From NCBI GenBank assembly GCA_037927135.1, contig JAXSPP010000004.1:1-64000 (forward strand): DNA of 64,000 nt, read 5' to 3'. The position numbers and the translations under genes are program-made. Shown one piece after another: positions 25,089-34,987 of the stretch. Within the stretch, counting starts at the first letter, position 1, and each line of letters begins with the position of its first letter. This stretch comes from Candidatus Pampinifervens sinense. Its GTDB lineage: Bacteria > Aquificota > Aquificia > Aquificales > Aquificaceae. Under the pieces are notes generated by a model. It was not told where the DNA came from. It made no database searches and was given only the letters and a program-made list of their open reading frames with translations.

Positions 25089-26210
25089 ATGAAAAGGGCC
25101 ATACTAGCCTTAGAAGACGGAAGCTACTTTATAGGCTACTCCTTTGGTGCAGAGGGAGAAACGTGGGGAGAGGTGGTCTTCAACACATCCATGACAGGCT
25201 ACCAGGAGATACTTACAGACCCATCTTATAAGGGACAGATCCTTGTGATGACCTATACCCAGATAGGGAACTACGGGATAAACGATGAGGATGTAGAGTC
25301 TGAAAAGGTTCAGGTAAACGGCTTTGTGATAAAGGAGCTTTCTCCAATCTACAGCAACTGGAGAGCGAGGAAAAACCTTGATGAGTATCTAAAGGAAAAC
25401 GGTGTGGTGGGCATATGGGGCATAGATACAAGGGCCCTTGTAAAGAGGATAAGAGAGAAGGGAGCTTTAAGGGGAGTTATATCCACCAAAGAGGATGACC
25501 CTATAAAGCTTGTAAAAAAGGCGCGCAGTCTTCCAGACATATCCGATTTGAACCTGGTAGAACAGGTGGCCACAAGGGAGGTATATTACTGGAAGGAGGG
25601 TGATTGGGATCTAAAAAAGGGCTACATACATAAGGATAACCAGAGGCCTCTTATTATGGTTGTAGATTACGGAGTAAAGAGGAATATACTGAGAAGGCTT
25701 ACCCAAGAGGGAGCAAAAGTTGTGGTTGTCCCGCCTTACAACGTGGAAAAAAGGATAGAAGAACTAAAGCCAGATGCCCTATTCCTTTCCAACGGGCCTG
25801 GAGACCCTCAGAGGGTTGTGGAAGGTATAAGGCTTGTGAGGAAATACATGGAAAAGCTTCCCATAATGGGAATATGTTTAGGGCATCAGATAATAGGCCT
25901 CGCTTTGGGGGGAAAGACCTATAAGCTAAAGTTTGGGCATCACGGTGGCAACCATCCAGTGAAGGATCTAAGGGATGGTCATATTGAAATAACGGCCCAA
26001 AACCACAACTTTGCCGTAGATCCTGAAAGCCTAAAGGATGTGGAAATAACCCATATAAACCTGCTAGATAACACATTGGAAGGCTTTAGACACAAATACT
26101 TACCCATATTCTGCGTTCAATACCATCCTGAAGCCTCTCCAGGACCCCACGACTCTAAAAACATATTCAAAGAGTTTGTACATCTGGCTTTAGCCTATGC
26201 ACAATCTTAA
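25089..26210 (+). CDS. carA: Carbamoyl-phosphate synthase small subunit
   Basis: GEVVFNTSMTGYQE, SNGPGDP, GICLGHQ and QYHPEASPGP motifs. Confidence 0.97.
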   Translation: MKRAILALEDGSYFIGYSFGAEGETWGEVVFNTSMTGYQEILTDPSYKGQILVMTYTQIGNYGINDEDVESEKVQVNGFVIKELSPIYSNWRARKNLDEYLKENGVVGIWGIDTRALVKRIREKGALRGVISTKEDDPIKLVKKARSLPDISDLNLVEQVATREVYYWKEGDWDLKKGYIHKDNQRPLIMVVDYGVKRNILRRLTQEGAKVVVVPPYNVEKRIEELKPDALFLSNGPGDPQRVVEGIRLVRKYMEKLPIMGICLGHQIIGLALGGKTYKLKFGHHGGNHPVKDLRDGHIEITAQNHNFAVDPESLKDVEITHINLLDNTLEGFRHKYLPIFCVQYHPEASPGPHDSKNIFKEFVHLALAYAQS

Positions 26211-27858
26211 AGGTATTAACGCAAAGATAGTCTTCCTTACCCTTCTTATGTTCCTAGCCGTGCTAACGATAGGTATAAGGTTCTTTTACATACAGCTTAT
26301 AGGTAGGGAAAGCTATGTGGAGAAGGTTGTTGAAAAGTTTCCCAAGGCTTCTGTGGTGAAGCTTTCTTCTCCTAGGGGTTCCATAAAGGACAGGAACGGT
26401 AATGACCTTGCCATAAGCATACCAGCCCTATCCCTTTACGCTTTTCCCAATCAGGTGAAAAACAAGGAGGAGCTCATAAGAAGGCTTTCTGCTATACCGG
26501 AGATAAAGGAGAGAGATCTTTGGGAGAAGTTAAGCTCAGATAAAAAGTTTGTTTGGCTTGCAAGACATATTGATAAGTCTTATATGCCTTATCTTAGAGG
26601 GGTGATAAAGGATACAGATAATGTTAAAGCTGTTGGCTTACAAGAGGAGTACAAAAGGTTTTACCCTCATGGAAGCTTGGCAGGAAACCTTTTGGGCTTT
26701 GTAGGGCTAGACGGTCAAGGCCTTGAAGGTATGGAATATAAGCTGGACAAAGACCTCAAAGGTGAGGAAATAAAAGCCCTTTTCTACCTTGGAAAGCTTG
26801 TAGCAGTTCCCATATGGGAGGAATTCCAACAGAAGGAAGTGAGGCTTACCATTGACCTTGGTGTCCAAACCATACTTGAGGACATAAGGGACAAGATAGT
26901 GAGACAGTGGAACCCGGATAGAGTGGGCATTCTTGTCATGGATGTAAAAACCGGTGAAATACTGGGATTGGCCAACTATCCTACCTACGATCCTAATAGC
27001 TACCAAAAGTATCCCCCTTCTTATAGGAGGAACTTTGTAGCTACAGACCTTTTTGAGCCTGGTTCTGTGATGAAGCCCTTTTTTATAGGTCAAGCACTTC
27101 AAAAGGGATACGTAAGGCCTGGTATGTGGATAGATACGGAGGGAGGCAGGATTGAAGTCTACGGGAGGTATGTGAAAGATGTAAAACCTTCTGGAAGTCT
27201 CACCCTTGAGCAAGTGCTCATAAAGTCCTCCAACGTAGGAACTATAAAGGTAGCAAGGTTCCTCTCCAAAAGGGACGTGGAGGAGATATTGGAAAAGATA
27301 CATATGAAGGATAGGTTTGATATACTTCCTGGAGAGGTAAAACCCAAGCTTCCCAACTTCAACTATCCTGCCAACATACTTTATGCTAGCATAGGGCAAG
27401 GTATGGCTTCAAACCTTCTAAATCTATGCGTAAGCTTTAATGCCCTTGCTACCAACAGAATAGTGAAGCCAAAGATACTTTTAGATGATAAGGTTCAGAT
27501 TTTGGAAGATAACGTCTTCTCACCGCAGGTTTTCAGATGGCTTCAAGAGAACTTAAAGAAAGTGGTAGAGGAAGGAACGGCAATTATGGCTAAGTCTGAC
27601 TACTTTAGTATAGCTGGCAAAACGGGCACATCTCAGAAGTTTGACTTTAGCACAGGAAGATATTCAAGGGATAAGGTGGTTGCCTACTTTATAGGCTATT
27701 TCCCAGCTAGCAACCCAAGGTTTATAGCGGGGATAATGGTAGACAATCCAAGGGGGCCAAATCCATACGGTGGCACAGTCTCCGCTCCCTACTTTAAGGA
27801 GCTCGTGGAAAGGATAGCCTTTTACTACCGTTTAGAACCCGACAAGCTCAGCAAGTAG
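26197..27858 (+). CDS. ftsI: Class B penicillin-binding protein (FtsI/PBP3-like)
   Basis: RGSIKDRNG, RFYPHG and GLEGME motifs; SxxK (SVMK), SSN and KTGT catalytic motifs. Confidence 0.85.
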   Translation: MHNLKGINAKIVFLTLLMFLAVLTIGIRFFYIQLIGRESYVEKVVEKFPKASVVKLSSPRGSIKDRNGNDLAISIPALSLYAFPNQVKNKEELIRRLSAIPEIKERDLWEKLSSDKKFVWLARHIDKSYMPYLRGVIKDTDNVKAVGLQEEYKRFYPHGSLAGNLLGFVGLDGQGLEGMEYKLDKDLKGEEIKALFYLGKLVAVPIWEEFQQKEVRLTIDLGVQTILEDIRDKIVRQWNPDRVGILVMDVKTGEILGLANYPTYDPNSYQKYPPSYRRNFVATDLFEPGSVMKPFFIGQALQKGYVRPGMWIDTEGGRIEVYGRYVKDVKPSGSLTLEQVLIKSSNVGTIKVARFLSKRDVEEILEKIHMKDRFDILPGEVKPKLPNFNYPANILYASIGQGMASNLLNLCVSFNALATNRIVKPKILLDDKVQILEDNVFSPQVFRWLQENLKKVVEEGTAIMAKSDYFSIAGKTGTSQKFDFSTGRYSRDKVVAYFIGYFPASNPRFIAGIMVDNPRGPNPYGGTVSAPYFKELVERIAFYYRLEPDKLSK

Positions 27859-28491
27859 ATTTCTGTACTCTGCTGGAAGAAGTAAACCCTCTATTTTTGG
27901 TATCTCTATCACCTTGAGGCCAGTCATTTCCCTTATTATGAAAGGATTAGTTCTTTCAGAGACATCTTTACCTTCAAAGCCGTTCATAACTACGCCTATG
28001 GGCTCGACTCCCATGGACTTCATATAGTACCAGCTTAGAAAGGTATGGTTGAGTGTACCAAGGCCAGCTCTAGCTACAAGCAAAGTCTTTAGTCCCCAAT
28101 CTTTGGCAAGGTGAGCGTAGTTATATCCTTTCTTTATAGGCACTGCTACGCCACCAGCACCTTCCACTATAAGAAAATCATATTCCTTTACAAGCTTCTC
28201 ATAATGTCTTTTCAACTCTTCCAAGGAGAAGTCCTTCCCTTCCTCCAATATGCCCGCATAAGGAGAAAGGGGCAGAGAAAAGCGTACAGGCACTACTTCC
28301 TCAAGGGTTTGACCCGTTAATGAAGCAAGCAGTGAACCATCCTGAGGCACATCTTTCACATCAGTTTCCACAGGCTTCAGATAGCCCACTTTCACACCCC
28401 TTTCTTTAAGGGCATAGGCAAGGTTGTAGCTTATAAAGGTTTTCCCTACTCCTGTATCTGTTGCTGTTATGAGAAGGGCCCTTAGCCTCAT
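27832..28491 (-). CDS. bioD: Dethiobiotin synthase
   Basis: TDTGVGKT, KPVET, VEGAGG and GLGTLNHT motifs. Confidence 0.96.
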   Translation of the reverse strand: MRLRALLITATDTGVGKTFISYNLAYALKERGVKVGYLKPVETDVKDVPQDGSLLASLTGQTLEEVVPVRFSLPLSPYAGILEEGKDFSLEELKRHYEKLVKEYDFLIVEGAGGVAVPIKKGYNYAHLAKDWGLKTLLVARAGLGTLNHTFLSWYYMKSMGVEPIGVVMNGFEGKDVSERTNPFIIREMTGLKVIEIPKIEGLLLPAEYRNLLAELVGF

Positions 28492-28492
28492 C

Positions 28493-30376
28493 CTAATAGT
28501 TTATCTTAACCTTTATGGGGTTAATTCCCAGCTTTTTCAATACGTTCAAAAACTCTCTAAACTTAAAAACTCTCTTATCGCACAGAATTATCGTCCCATC
28601 ATCATCCTTTGTTCTCATAAGCCTGCCTATGCCTTGTCTGAACTTTATAAGAGCCTTTCTTTTTTGATAATCAAAGGGGTCCAAGCCTAACTCCTTTAAA
28701 AACCTTATCCTATGAAAGGTGATAGGCTCCTCTGGGCTTTCAAAGGGCAACTTTGCCATAAGAAGACCCTTTTGCCCTGGAACATCCACTCCAAGCCACA
28801 AGGAATCAAAGCCAGCCAAAGCCTTTATTTTGCCTTCCCGCAAGCCTTGCACAAGCTCAGACAATCCTCCCTCACCTTGAAAACACAGACCCTCCTCTCC
28901 TTCAAATATGGCCTTCTGTTCCTTATTGGTTAAAAGCACAAGAACCTTATCGTAAAGACTTCTAAGATATTTGTAAGCGTACTTTAAGGCCAAAGGCCAG
29001 TTTTTTTCTCGCGGATCCACCTCATACACAAGGAAGTTTATCCTATGGTAAGGAAAGGTGTGGGCAAGCTCATAATATTGACCTTCCAGTCCAAGGGTGA
29101 GCTTGAGATCCTCTGGGTCCAATGTGGCCGAAGTTGCTATCACAGCCTTGTAATCTTTAAAGTCCACGTGCCCCGCTGGAAAGACTGGGAAAACCCCTAT
29201 CCAGTAGTTGAAGGTTTTCAACCTTTTGCTCCATTTTCTTCCCACGAGGTAACCCAGATGTGGCTTACTTTCCTTCATGATAAGGTTGAAGTTCCTAAGC
29301 TTTATCATGGCCTTCAGCAAAAGATCATAAGACTTTAGCCTTCTTATCAACCTCTCTTCCTCTTCCGATGGGTCCTCATAGCTGGAGCTCAGAGCAAGAT
29401 AGGACTCCCAGCCTATTATTCCAAGCATCAAAAGATAATCCTTTAGCTTTAGACTGATAAAAAGCCTGCCTTCTAAAAACTCCCTTACTTCTTCCCCTAC
29501 TATTTCCTTTACCCTGTTGAACAGATACTCCAGCGGTATAAGCACGTCCCTTTCAAAGGAAGGCTGGTATATGCTAAGGCTATCTAAAGGAATCTCTTCC
29601 TCCTCTTCCTTGAAGAGTTTTTCAAAGTTTTTTATAAAAAAGTCTTCCACATCCACGTTTGCTTCCGGAAGGAATTGCCTTATCCTACCTAGTATTTGAA
29701 CCCTTAAGGTGTATAAGGAAAGGTCTGTTCTTAGACTGTTGGTTATGTATTTGTCTAGCTCGTGGGCCTCATCTATTATCAAAACCTTCTCTTGAGGGTC
29801 CTCAAACTCCTTTAGACTCAAAAGGGCATGGTTTATTACAATTATCTGAGCTTGTCTTTCCAAGCTTTTTATCCTTCCCCAATAATAGCAATCCTTTCTG
29901 TACTTACATATACTTCTATAGTGGCTATCGCAGTAATCATCATCCACGCATATCTCCGCCCAAACCTCAAGAGGAAGACCTACAAATTCATAGTCGCCAT
30001 CCCAGCCAGAGTTTATATAATCCTCCAAATCTACCTTTTGACTAGAATAGTACCTATCAAGACAAAGGTAGTTGGCCTTACCCTTTAATATCAAATAGCT
30101 AACATCTTTGTTTAAAAGATATTTGGCATAAGCCTTAAGCGTTTCTATATCCCTCCTTAACTGTTCTTGCAGCATTTTAGTACCTGTGGAGATAATGGCC
30201 TTTTGACCCTTTTCTATGATAGGTATGAGATAGGCATAGGTTTTACCGGTGCCCGTTGGTGCTTGTATGATCTTTGTGCCACCCTTTTCAAAGGCCTCAA
30301 GCACTATATGAAAAAACTCTTCCTGTGCCTTTCTTCTTTCCAGTCCCCTGCTTACAAGAAATTCATAGAGAAGCAC
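28493..30376 (-). CDS. DinG/YoaA-family ATP-dependent helicase
   Basis: QAPTGTGKT, KGKANYLC plus a Cys cluster (Fe-S), DEAH, TSATL, GVDVPG and QGIGRLMR motifs. Confidence 0.9.
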   Translation of the reverse strand: MLLYEFLVSRGLERRKAQEEFFHIVLEAFEKGGTKIIQAPTGTGKTYAYLIPIIEKGQKAIISTGTKMLQEQLRRDIETLKAYAKYLLNKDVSYLILKGKANYLCLDRYYSSQKVDLEDYINSGWDGDYEFVGLPLEVWAEICVDDDYCDSHYRSICKYRKDCYYWGRIKSLERQAQIIVINHALLSLKEFEDPQEKVLIIDEAHELDKYITNSLRTDLSLYTLRVQILGRIRQFLPEANVDVEDFFIKNFEKLFKEEEEEIPLDSLSIYQPSFERDVLIPLEYLFNRVKEIVGEEVREFLEGRLFISLKLKDYLLMLGIIGWESYLALSSSYEDPSEEEERLIRRLKSYDLLLKAMIKLRNFNLIMKESKPHLGYLVGRKWSKRLKTFNYWIGVFPVFPAGHVDFKDYKAVIATSATLDPEDLKLTLGLEGQYYELAHTFPYHRINFLVYEVDPREKNWPLALKYAYKYLRSLYDKVLVLLTNKEQKAIFEGEEGLCFQGEGGLSELVQGLREGKIKALAGFDSLWLGVDVPGQKGLLMAKLPFESPEEPITFHRIRFLKELGLDPFDYQKRKALIKFRQGIGRLMRTKDDDGTIILCDKRVFKFREFLNVLKKLGINPIKVKINY

Positions 30377-30400
30377 TCCATTATTTTATAATCTTTTACC

Positions 30401-31249
30401 ATGCTTAGTATGACTGGGTTCGGTTCAGGATCCTATGAAAACGACAGATGGGCTGTGAGCGTCTTTGTTAAAAGTTTAAACGGTAAGGCTTTAGACATCT
30501 TCATAAAATCCAACTACAATCTCATGTCTCTTGAGTTCTCTATAAGAAAGATGGTGAAAGAATTTATAAGGCGTGGAACCGTCCATGTCTATCTGGACAT
30601 AAAGAGAAAGGATATAATTGAACCTGTAAACCTGGAGGCGCTGCTGACCAATCTAAACTTCTTTAAGATAATTAGAGAGAGGCTAAGCTTAAACGTTAGC
30701 GACGATACAGTATTGCAACTTGCAGCAAGGTTTTCCGAAGCCCCAAAGGAAGAAGCGGATGCTTTTCTTGAAGAAGCCATATCCTGCGCCCTCACCGATG
30801 CCCTAAAGGAGCTTTTAAACAGAAGGGCAGAAGAAGGAGAGCATATTAGATTAGATATGGAGGAAAGGTTAAAAAGGATTGAAGAGCTCCTTGGAGAGAT
30901 TTTGAGGCGTAAGGAAGAGGCCTACGAAAAGGCTAAGAAAAGAGTTTTGGAAAAGGCTGAGGAGCTTGGCCTTTCAGACAACAAGGCTTTGGTCTTAAAT
31001 GAAATAGCTTTGATACTTTCCAAGATGGATGTGGAGGAAGAGATAACTAGGTTTATGGCGCATATACAGAGGAGTAGGGAACTTATGAGATCAAAAGAAG
31101 ATGTGGGGAGAAAGTTGGAGTTTATCTTTCAAGAGATGCACAGAGAAATAACCACGCTTGCTAATAAACTTCCAGAGCTTTCTTCTATCGCCGTGGATAT
31201 AAAAACGGAGATAGACAGGTTAAAACAACAGGTGGCAAATGTGGAATAG
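30401..31249 (+). CDS. yicC: YicC/YloC family endoribonuclease
   Basis: SMTGFG, KSLN, DVEEEITR, GRKLEFIFQEMHREITT and QVANVE motifs. Confidence 0.93.
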   Translation: MLSMTGFGSGSYENDRWAVSVFVKSLNGKALDIFIKSNYNLMSLEFSIRKMVKEFIRRGTVHVYLDIKRKDIIEPVNLEALLTNLNFFKIIRERLSLNVSDDTVLQLAARFSEAPKEEADAFLEEAISCALTDALKELLNRRAEEGEHIRLDMEERLKRIEELLGEILRRKEEAYEKAKKRVLEKAEELGLSDNKALVLNEIALILSKMDVEEEITRFMAHIQRSRELMRSKEDVGRKLEFIFQEMHREITTLANKLPELSSIAVDIKTEIDRLKQQVANVE

Positions 31250-31271
31250 TGTATAATATTTTATATAGTAA

Positions 31272-31343
31272 GCGGGCGTAGCTCAGAGGTGGAGCGGCTG
31301 CTTGCCATGCAGCAGGTCGCGGGTTCGAGTCCCGTCGCCCGCT
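31272..31343 (+). tRNA. tRNA-Gly(GCC)
   Basis: GCGGGCG/CGCCCGC acceptor stem, TTGCCAT anticodon loop; no encoded CCA. Confidence 0.96.
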
Positions 31344-31347
31344 TATA

Positions 31348-31419
31348 GGCAACGTGGCCGAGTGGTCAGGCGAGGGACTGCAAATCCCTTCTACGGCGGT
31401 TCGAATCCGCCCGTTGCCT
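31348..31419 (+). tRNA. tRNA-Cys(GCA)
   Basis: GGCAACG/CGTTGCC acceptor stem, CTGCAAA anticodon loop, U discriminator; no encoded CCA. Confidence 0.96.
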
Positions 31420-31460
31420 CATGCAAGAAAATAAATAAAAGCCTTTAAGGAGGTTTTGGC

Positions 31461-31766
31461 ATGCCCAATACGAGACAGGCTGCAAAGAGGATGAGAAGGG
31501 ATGAAAAAAGGAGGTTGAGAAACAGGTATCATCTTTCAAGGATGAGGACTTATATAAAGAAGTTTAGAAAGCTTGTAGAGGAGAAGAAGCTGGAGGAAGC
31601 GCAAGCCTTTTTACCAGAGGTTATAAGCATCATATACCATACGGCTTCAAAGGGTGTAATACACAAAAGGGAGGCTGCAAGAAGAGCCTCAAGGCTTACC
31701 AAACTTCTTAACAAAGCTCTTAAAGAGGCTCAAGCTCAAGAGAGCCAAACGCTCCCTCAGCAGTAA
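31461..31766 (+). CDS. rpsT: 30S ribosomal protein S20
   Basis: MPNTRQAAKRMR, RMRTYIKK and KGVIHKREAARRASRL motifs. Confidence 0.96.
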   Translation: MPNTRQAAKRMRRDEKRRLRNRYHLSRMRTYIKKFRKLVEEKKLEEAQAFLPEVISIIYHTASKGVIHKREAARRASRLTKLLNKALKEAQAQESQTLPQQ

Positions 31767-33179
31767 AAGGGAAAGCCAATATATTATCATAGATAAAGGT
31801 ATAAGGTATATGAGATCATAGGGTTGGGGATCAAACGATATTAAAATTAGGCACATAAGGAGAGTTCCGATAAGACTTTTTATAAAAGTCTCCGCATATT
31901 CTCTCTTTTTAAACCTCTTTTCCTTCCAAAGGTATATCAAAAAGAGAAGGCTTGCCAATGAAGAGGAAGCCGTTCCAAGGGCTAGGCCAACAACGCCTAG
32001 CTTTAAATAGAAGGCAAAGATAAAGCCCAACACACCCTCTACCAGAACTCCGATAAAGGAGGAAAGGACAGGCGTTTTGGTATCACCTTTGGCAAAGAAA
32101 ACGCTTGAAAGCACCTTTTGGAGAGAAAAGAAGAGGAGACCTAGGGAATATACAGCAAGAACCTTTCCTGCCACGTGGATGTCTTCTAAAGAAAATTTCC
32201 CCCTTCCATAAAGTAGGGCTATGATCTGATGGGAAAGGACCATGAGACCTCCTGTGGCGGGCAAGGCAAGAAGTGTAACAAACCTAAAGGCCAGTGTGAT
32301 GTTCTCCCTTTGATCTTCACCCCTTGAAAGAAGGGAAAGTAAGGAGTTTGCCATACCTACCGATAGTGCCCCCAAAGGAAGCTGGAATACTCTGTTGGCA
32401 TAGTACAGGTAAGATACGGCTCCCAATGCAAGGAAAGAAGCCAAAAAGGTGTCAACAAAGAAAGACAGCTGTGCTACACCAAAGCCCATGGTGGCTGGAA
32501 GAAGCCTTTTGAGAAGCAGGCTAAGGTCCTCATCCTTTTGAAAGCTTACTTTTGGAAGAACATTATTTTTTATAACGGAAGGAAGATGGAAAAAAAGCTG
32601 GGCAAGACCCCCAAGAATGACACCCATTATAAGGGCAATGTATCCTAAGCTTTGGGCTGTAAGAACCATACACAGAGCAAAGACCATGTTGAAGACAGCT
32701 TGAGCAAAGGCTGGTATAAAGAACACACCCTTTGTATTAAGCACAGCCATAAAAAAGGCACTAAGCCCTACAAAGAAAAGGTAGCTAAAGAGGAATCTGG
32801 CCATAAATACGGCAAGCTCAAAGTATTCTCTCTTTACTATACCGGGTGCCAGAATCTTTATGATCCAATCTGCAAAAAATATACCCAACAATGTTATAAA
32901 AAGGTTAAAAAGGGTATAGTAGGTAAAGGTGGAGTTTAGAAAGGGTTTTTCTGTGCCTTCCCTTAATCTTTTTGCAAATATAGGGACAAAGGCGGCGTTA
33001 AAGCCTCCTTCTCCCAAAAGCCTTCTAAAGGTGTTTGGAAGTCTAAAGGCTATAAAAAAGGCATCCGTTATGTGTGATACACCAAAGTGGTAAGCTATAA
33101 GGGCATCCCTTATATAGCCAAGTATTCTACTGAGTAGGGTTGCAAGGGAAAAGGATAAGGAGTGTTTTATCAGACCCAT
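31689..33179 (-). CDS. murJ: Lipid II flippase MurJ
   Basis: SRILGYIRD, DAFFIAFRLPNTFRRLLGEG, YYANRVFQLP and DTKTP motifs. Confidence 0.96.
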   Translation of the reverse strand: MGLIKHSLSFSLATLLSRILGYIRDALIAYHFGVSHITDAFFIAFRLPNTFRRLLGEGGFNAAFVPIFAKRLREGTEKPFLNSTFTYYTLFNLFITLLGIFFADWIIKILAPGIVKREYFELAVFMARFLFSYLFFVGLSAFFMAVLNTKGVFFIPAFAQAVFNMVFALCMVLTAQSLGYIALIMGVILGGLAQLFFHLPSVIKNNVLPKVSFQKDEDLSLLLKRLLPATMGFGVAQLSFFVDTFLASFLALGAVSYLYYANRVFQLPLGALSVGMANSLLSLLSRGEDQRENITLAFRFVTLLALPATGGLMVLSHQIIALLYGRGKFSLEDIHVAGKVLAVYSLGLLFFSLQKVLSSVFFAKGDTKTPVLSSFIGVLVEGVLGFIFAFYLKLGVVGLALGTASSSLASLLFLIYLWKEKRFKKREYAETFIKSLIGTLLMCLILISFDPQPYDLIYLIPLSMIIYWLSLLLLRERLALLSLSLFKSFVKKFGKP

Positions 33180-33187
33180 AGTACTTT

Positions 33188-33274
33188 TGGTGCCGGAGGC
33201 GGGAGTCGAACCCGCACGCCCTTACGGGCACTGCCCCCTCAAGACAGCGCGTCTGCCAGTTCCGCCACTCCGGC
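33188..33274 (-). tRNA. tRNA-Leu(GAG)
   Basis: Reverse complement reads GCCGGAG...TTGAGGG loop...long variable arm...CTCCGGC-A-CCA; CCA encoded. Confidence 0.96.
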
Positions 33275-33293
33275 TCACTCATAATATATTATA

Positions 33294-34478
33294 CTAGCCT
33301 TTTAGTCTAAAGTAAAGAGATCCTCCCATAGCTATGTTATAAAGAAAGAACAAGGAAGAAAGAAAGTGTACAAAAGAGGAAGCAATAAAGCCAACCTTTT
33401 TACCTGTAATAAAAGACAAGATTACACATGCTACCCATAAGGCATGCAGATAAAAGCTAAGCTTTATCCTTCCGTAAGGAATTACTTCAGACATTAGAGG
33501 CACTCTCTTTGAGGGCATGTTGCTAAGATGGAACCAAACAAGGAAAGGTGTTATCCTATACATCATACCCATTATGATGCTTGAGAAGAAGACAAGGAAA
33601 GAAAAAAGGAAGGGGACAAATAGTTTATTTGTAAAAGGATATAGCAAAAGGGAGACCATTAAAAAGGTTTGAGATATGTACCAAAAGAGAATGACAGGTT
33701 CGGCTCTCTTCCTTCTTTTTATGAGCCTCTTTATGGTCATGTAAGAGTAAGCTAGAAAGAGTAGAAGGAGGGGTATTGAGAGGAGGTTATCAAGGGTAGC
33801 TAAAAGAAGACTTATGGAGATTGCTGTGGGGAATATCCTTGAGAAGTTTTTGTTGTAAGGTTCTGTTATAAAGAACATCTCCACCACCTGAAAGGAGACA
33901 CTTGCTACAAGAAGGCCTATCCACCCAAAGAGGAGGATGGTAAGGTGCGCATGTATGGCCTTGTTCCAAAAGGGTACAAGGTCAAAATAGGAAAGCACTT
34001 GGTAAAACCCAATGGTGGCACCTACCATGAGAAGGATCAAAGCGTATCTAAAACCTAAAGGTGTAGGTGTATAGGCCTTTATTCTAAATAGGTGCCACAG
34101 CATAAGGAGAGAGGTATAAGTTATAGCTATATAGACAAGGAAAGATCCGGGCAAAAGAAGGCCTTTTTTAAAAAAGCCAAGGATAAAGAGGGTGGAGCCT
34201 GTTAGTAGAAGAGAGTAGGAGAGGAAGGCCTTTGGCTTTGGATCTTTTATCACAGCGCCTGCCACCACAGGCAACATCTGGAAGAGGGTACCAAACATGG
34301 TAAATAGACCAAAGCCTAGGGTGTAGAGGTGAACCAAAGGAGGTAGGATTAAAAAACCTTTTATAGATAAGTACAGCTCAAAGAGGGAAGCTATTAAGCT
34401 AAAGGTGCAGGCGGTTATAAAGAAGCTAAAGACTATAACAAATGGTGGAGCTTGAAGTAGGGAGAGTCCTTGGCTCAT
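33294..34478 (-). CDS. Polytopic membrane protein with intramembrane histidines, function unknown
   Basis: About 12 TM segments; HLYTLG, FQMLPV, HAHL..FGW, FQVVEMF and YRITPFLVWFH motifs; ATGA overlap with the hemerythrin gene. Confidence 0.8.
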   Translation of the reverse strand: MSQGLSLLQAPPFVIVFSFFITACTFSLIASLFELYLSIKGFLILPPLVHLYTLGFGLFTMFGTLFQMLPVVAGAVIKDPKPKAFLSYSLLLTGSTLFILGFFKKGLLLPGSFLVYIAITYTSLLMLWHLFRIKAYTPTPLGFRYALILLMVGATIGFYQVLSYFDLVPFWNKAIHAHLTILLFGWIGLLVASVSFQVVEMFFITEPYNKNFSRIFPTAISISLLLATLDNLLSIPLLLLFLAYSYMTIKRLIKRRKRAEPVILFWYISQTFLMVSLLLYPFTNKLFVPFLFSFLVFFSSIIMGMMYRITPFLVWFHLSNMPSKRVPLMSEVIPYGRIKLSFYLHALWVACVILSFITGKKVGFIASSFVHFLSSLFFLYNIAMGGSLYFRLKG

Positions 34479-34903
34479 AAGGTGTCCATTCTGTTTATAA
34501 GCTCTAAGCTGTCAAGGTATTGATCGCACATTGGGTAAAGGATCTGCTCTTCCTTCATATTGTGCTGTTGGAGAAGTATCATGAGCGTGTCTCCTATAGA
34601 AAGAAAAGACCTTTTGTCCTTATCATCTAAAGCTAGCTTCATCCTACTTAAAAGATCTCGCACCTGACTGTGTTCTATCCTCATGACCTGCGTGGGCCCT
34701 GTAGTTATACCTGTGACCCTTTCAAACTCTGGAAAGAGGATCTCTTCCTCCTTTCTGAAATGTGTGAGCACATCTTCTTCAAAGGCCTTGAAAGCTTCCT
34801 CAGCCTCTTGCCATTTTTCTGACCTTACAAGCTCCTCCACCCTGGCATACAGACCATCACCTCTTCTGTGTTCCTCTGTTAGGTATTCCCTTATGGTATA
34901 CAT
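34475..34903 (-). CDS. Hemerythrin-domain protein
   Basis: Start reassigned to MYTIREY behind an AGGAGG SD; EEH, HFRKEEEILFP, EH and HNMKEEQILYP (two HxxxE motifs). Confidence 0.9.
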   Translation of the reverse strand: MYTIREYLTEEHRRGDGLYARVEELVRSEKWQEAEEAFKAFEEDVLTHFRKEEEILFPEFERVTGITTGPTQVMRIEHSQVRDLLSRMKLALDDKDKRSFLSIGDTLMILLQQHNMKEEQILYPMCDQYLDSLELINRMDTL

Positions 34904-34914
34904 CCGCCACCTCC

Positions 34915-34951
34915 TAAGTATATATATACTTACTTTAATGGCCTCTGTCAA
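34915..34951 (-). promoter_or_regulatory. Sigma-70-type promoter overlapped by a perfect 18-bp palindrome (candidate repressor operator)
   Basis: Minus strand TTGACA-17 nt-TATATA; TAAGTATATATATACTTA (34915-34932) is its own reverse complement and abuts the SD. Confidence 0.6.
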
Positions 34952-34987
34952 GAAGAAAACAAAAGCTTTTTGTACTATACTAGAAAT

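Noticed and set aside
28493-30376. DinG helicase as part of a type IV CRISPR or defence system
   Set aside because: No cas genes or repeat-spacer array; housekeeping context (bioD, yicC)
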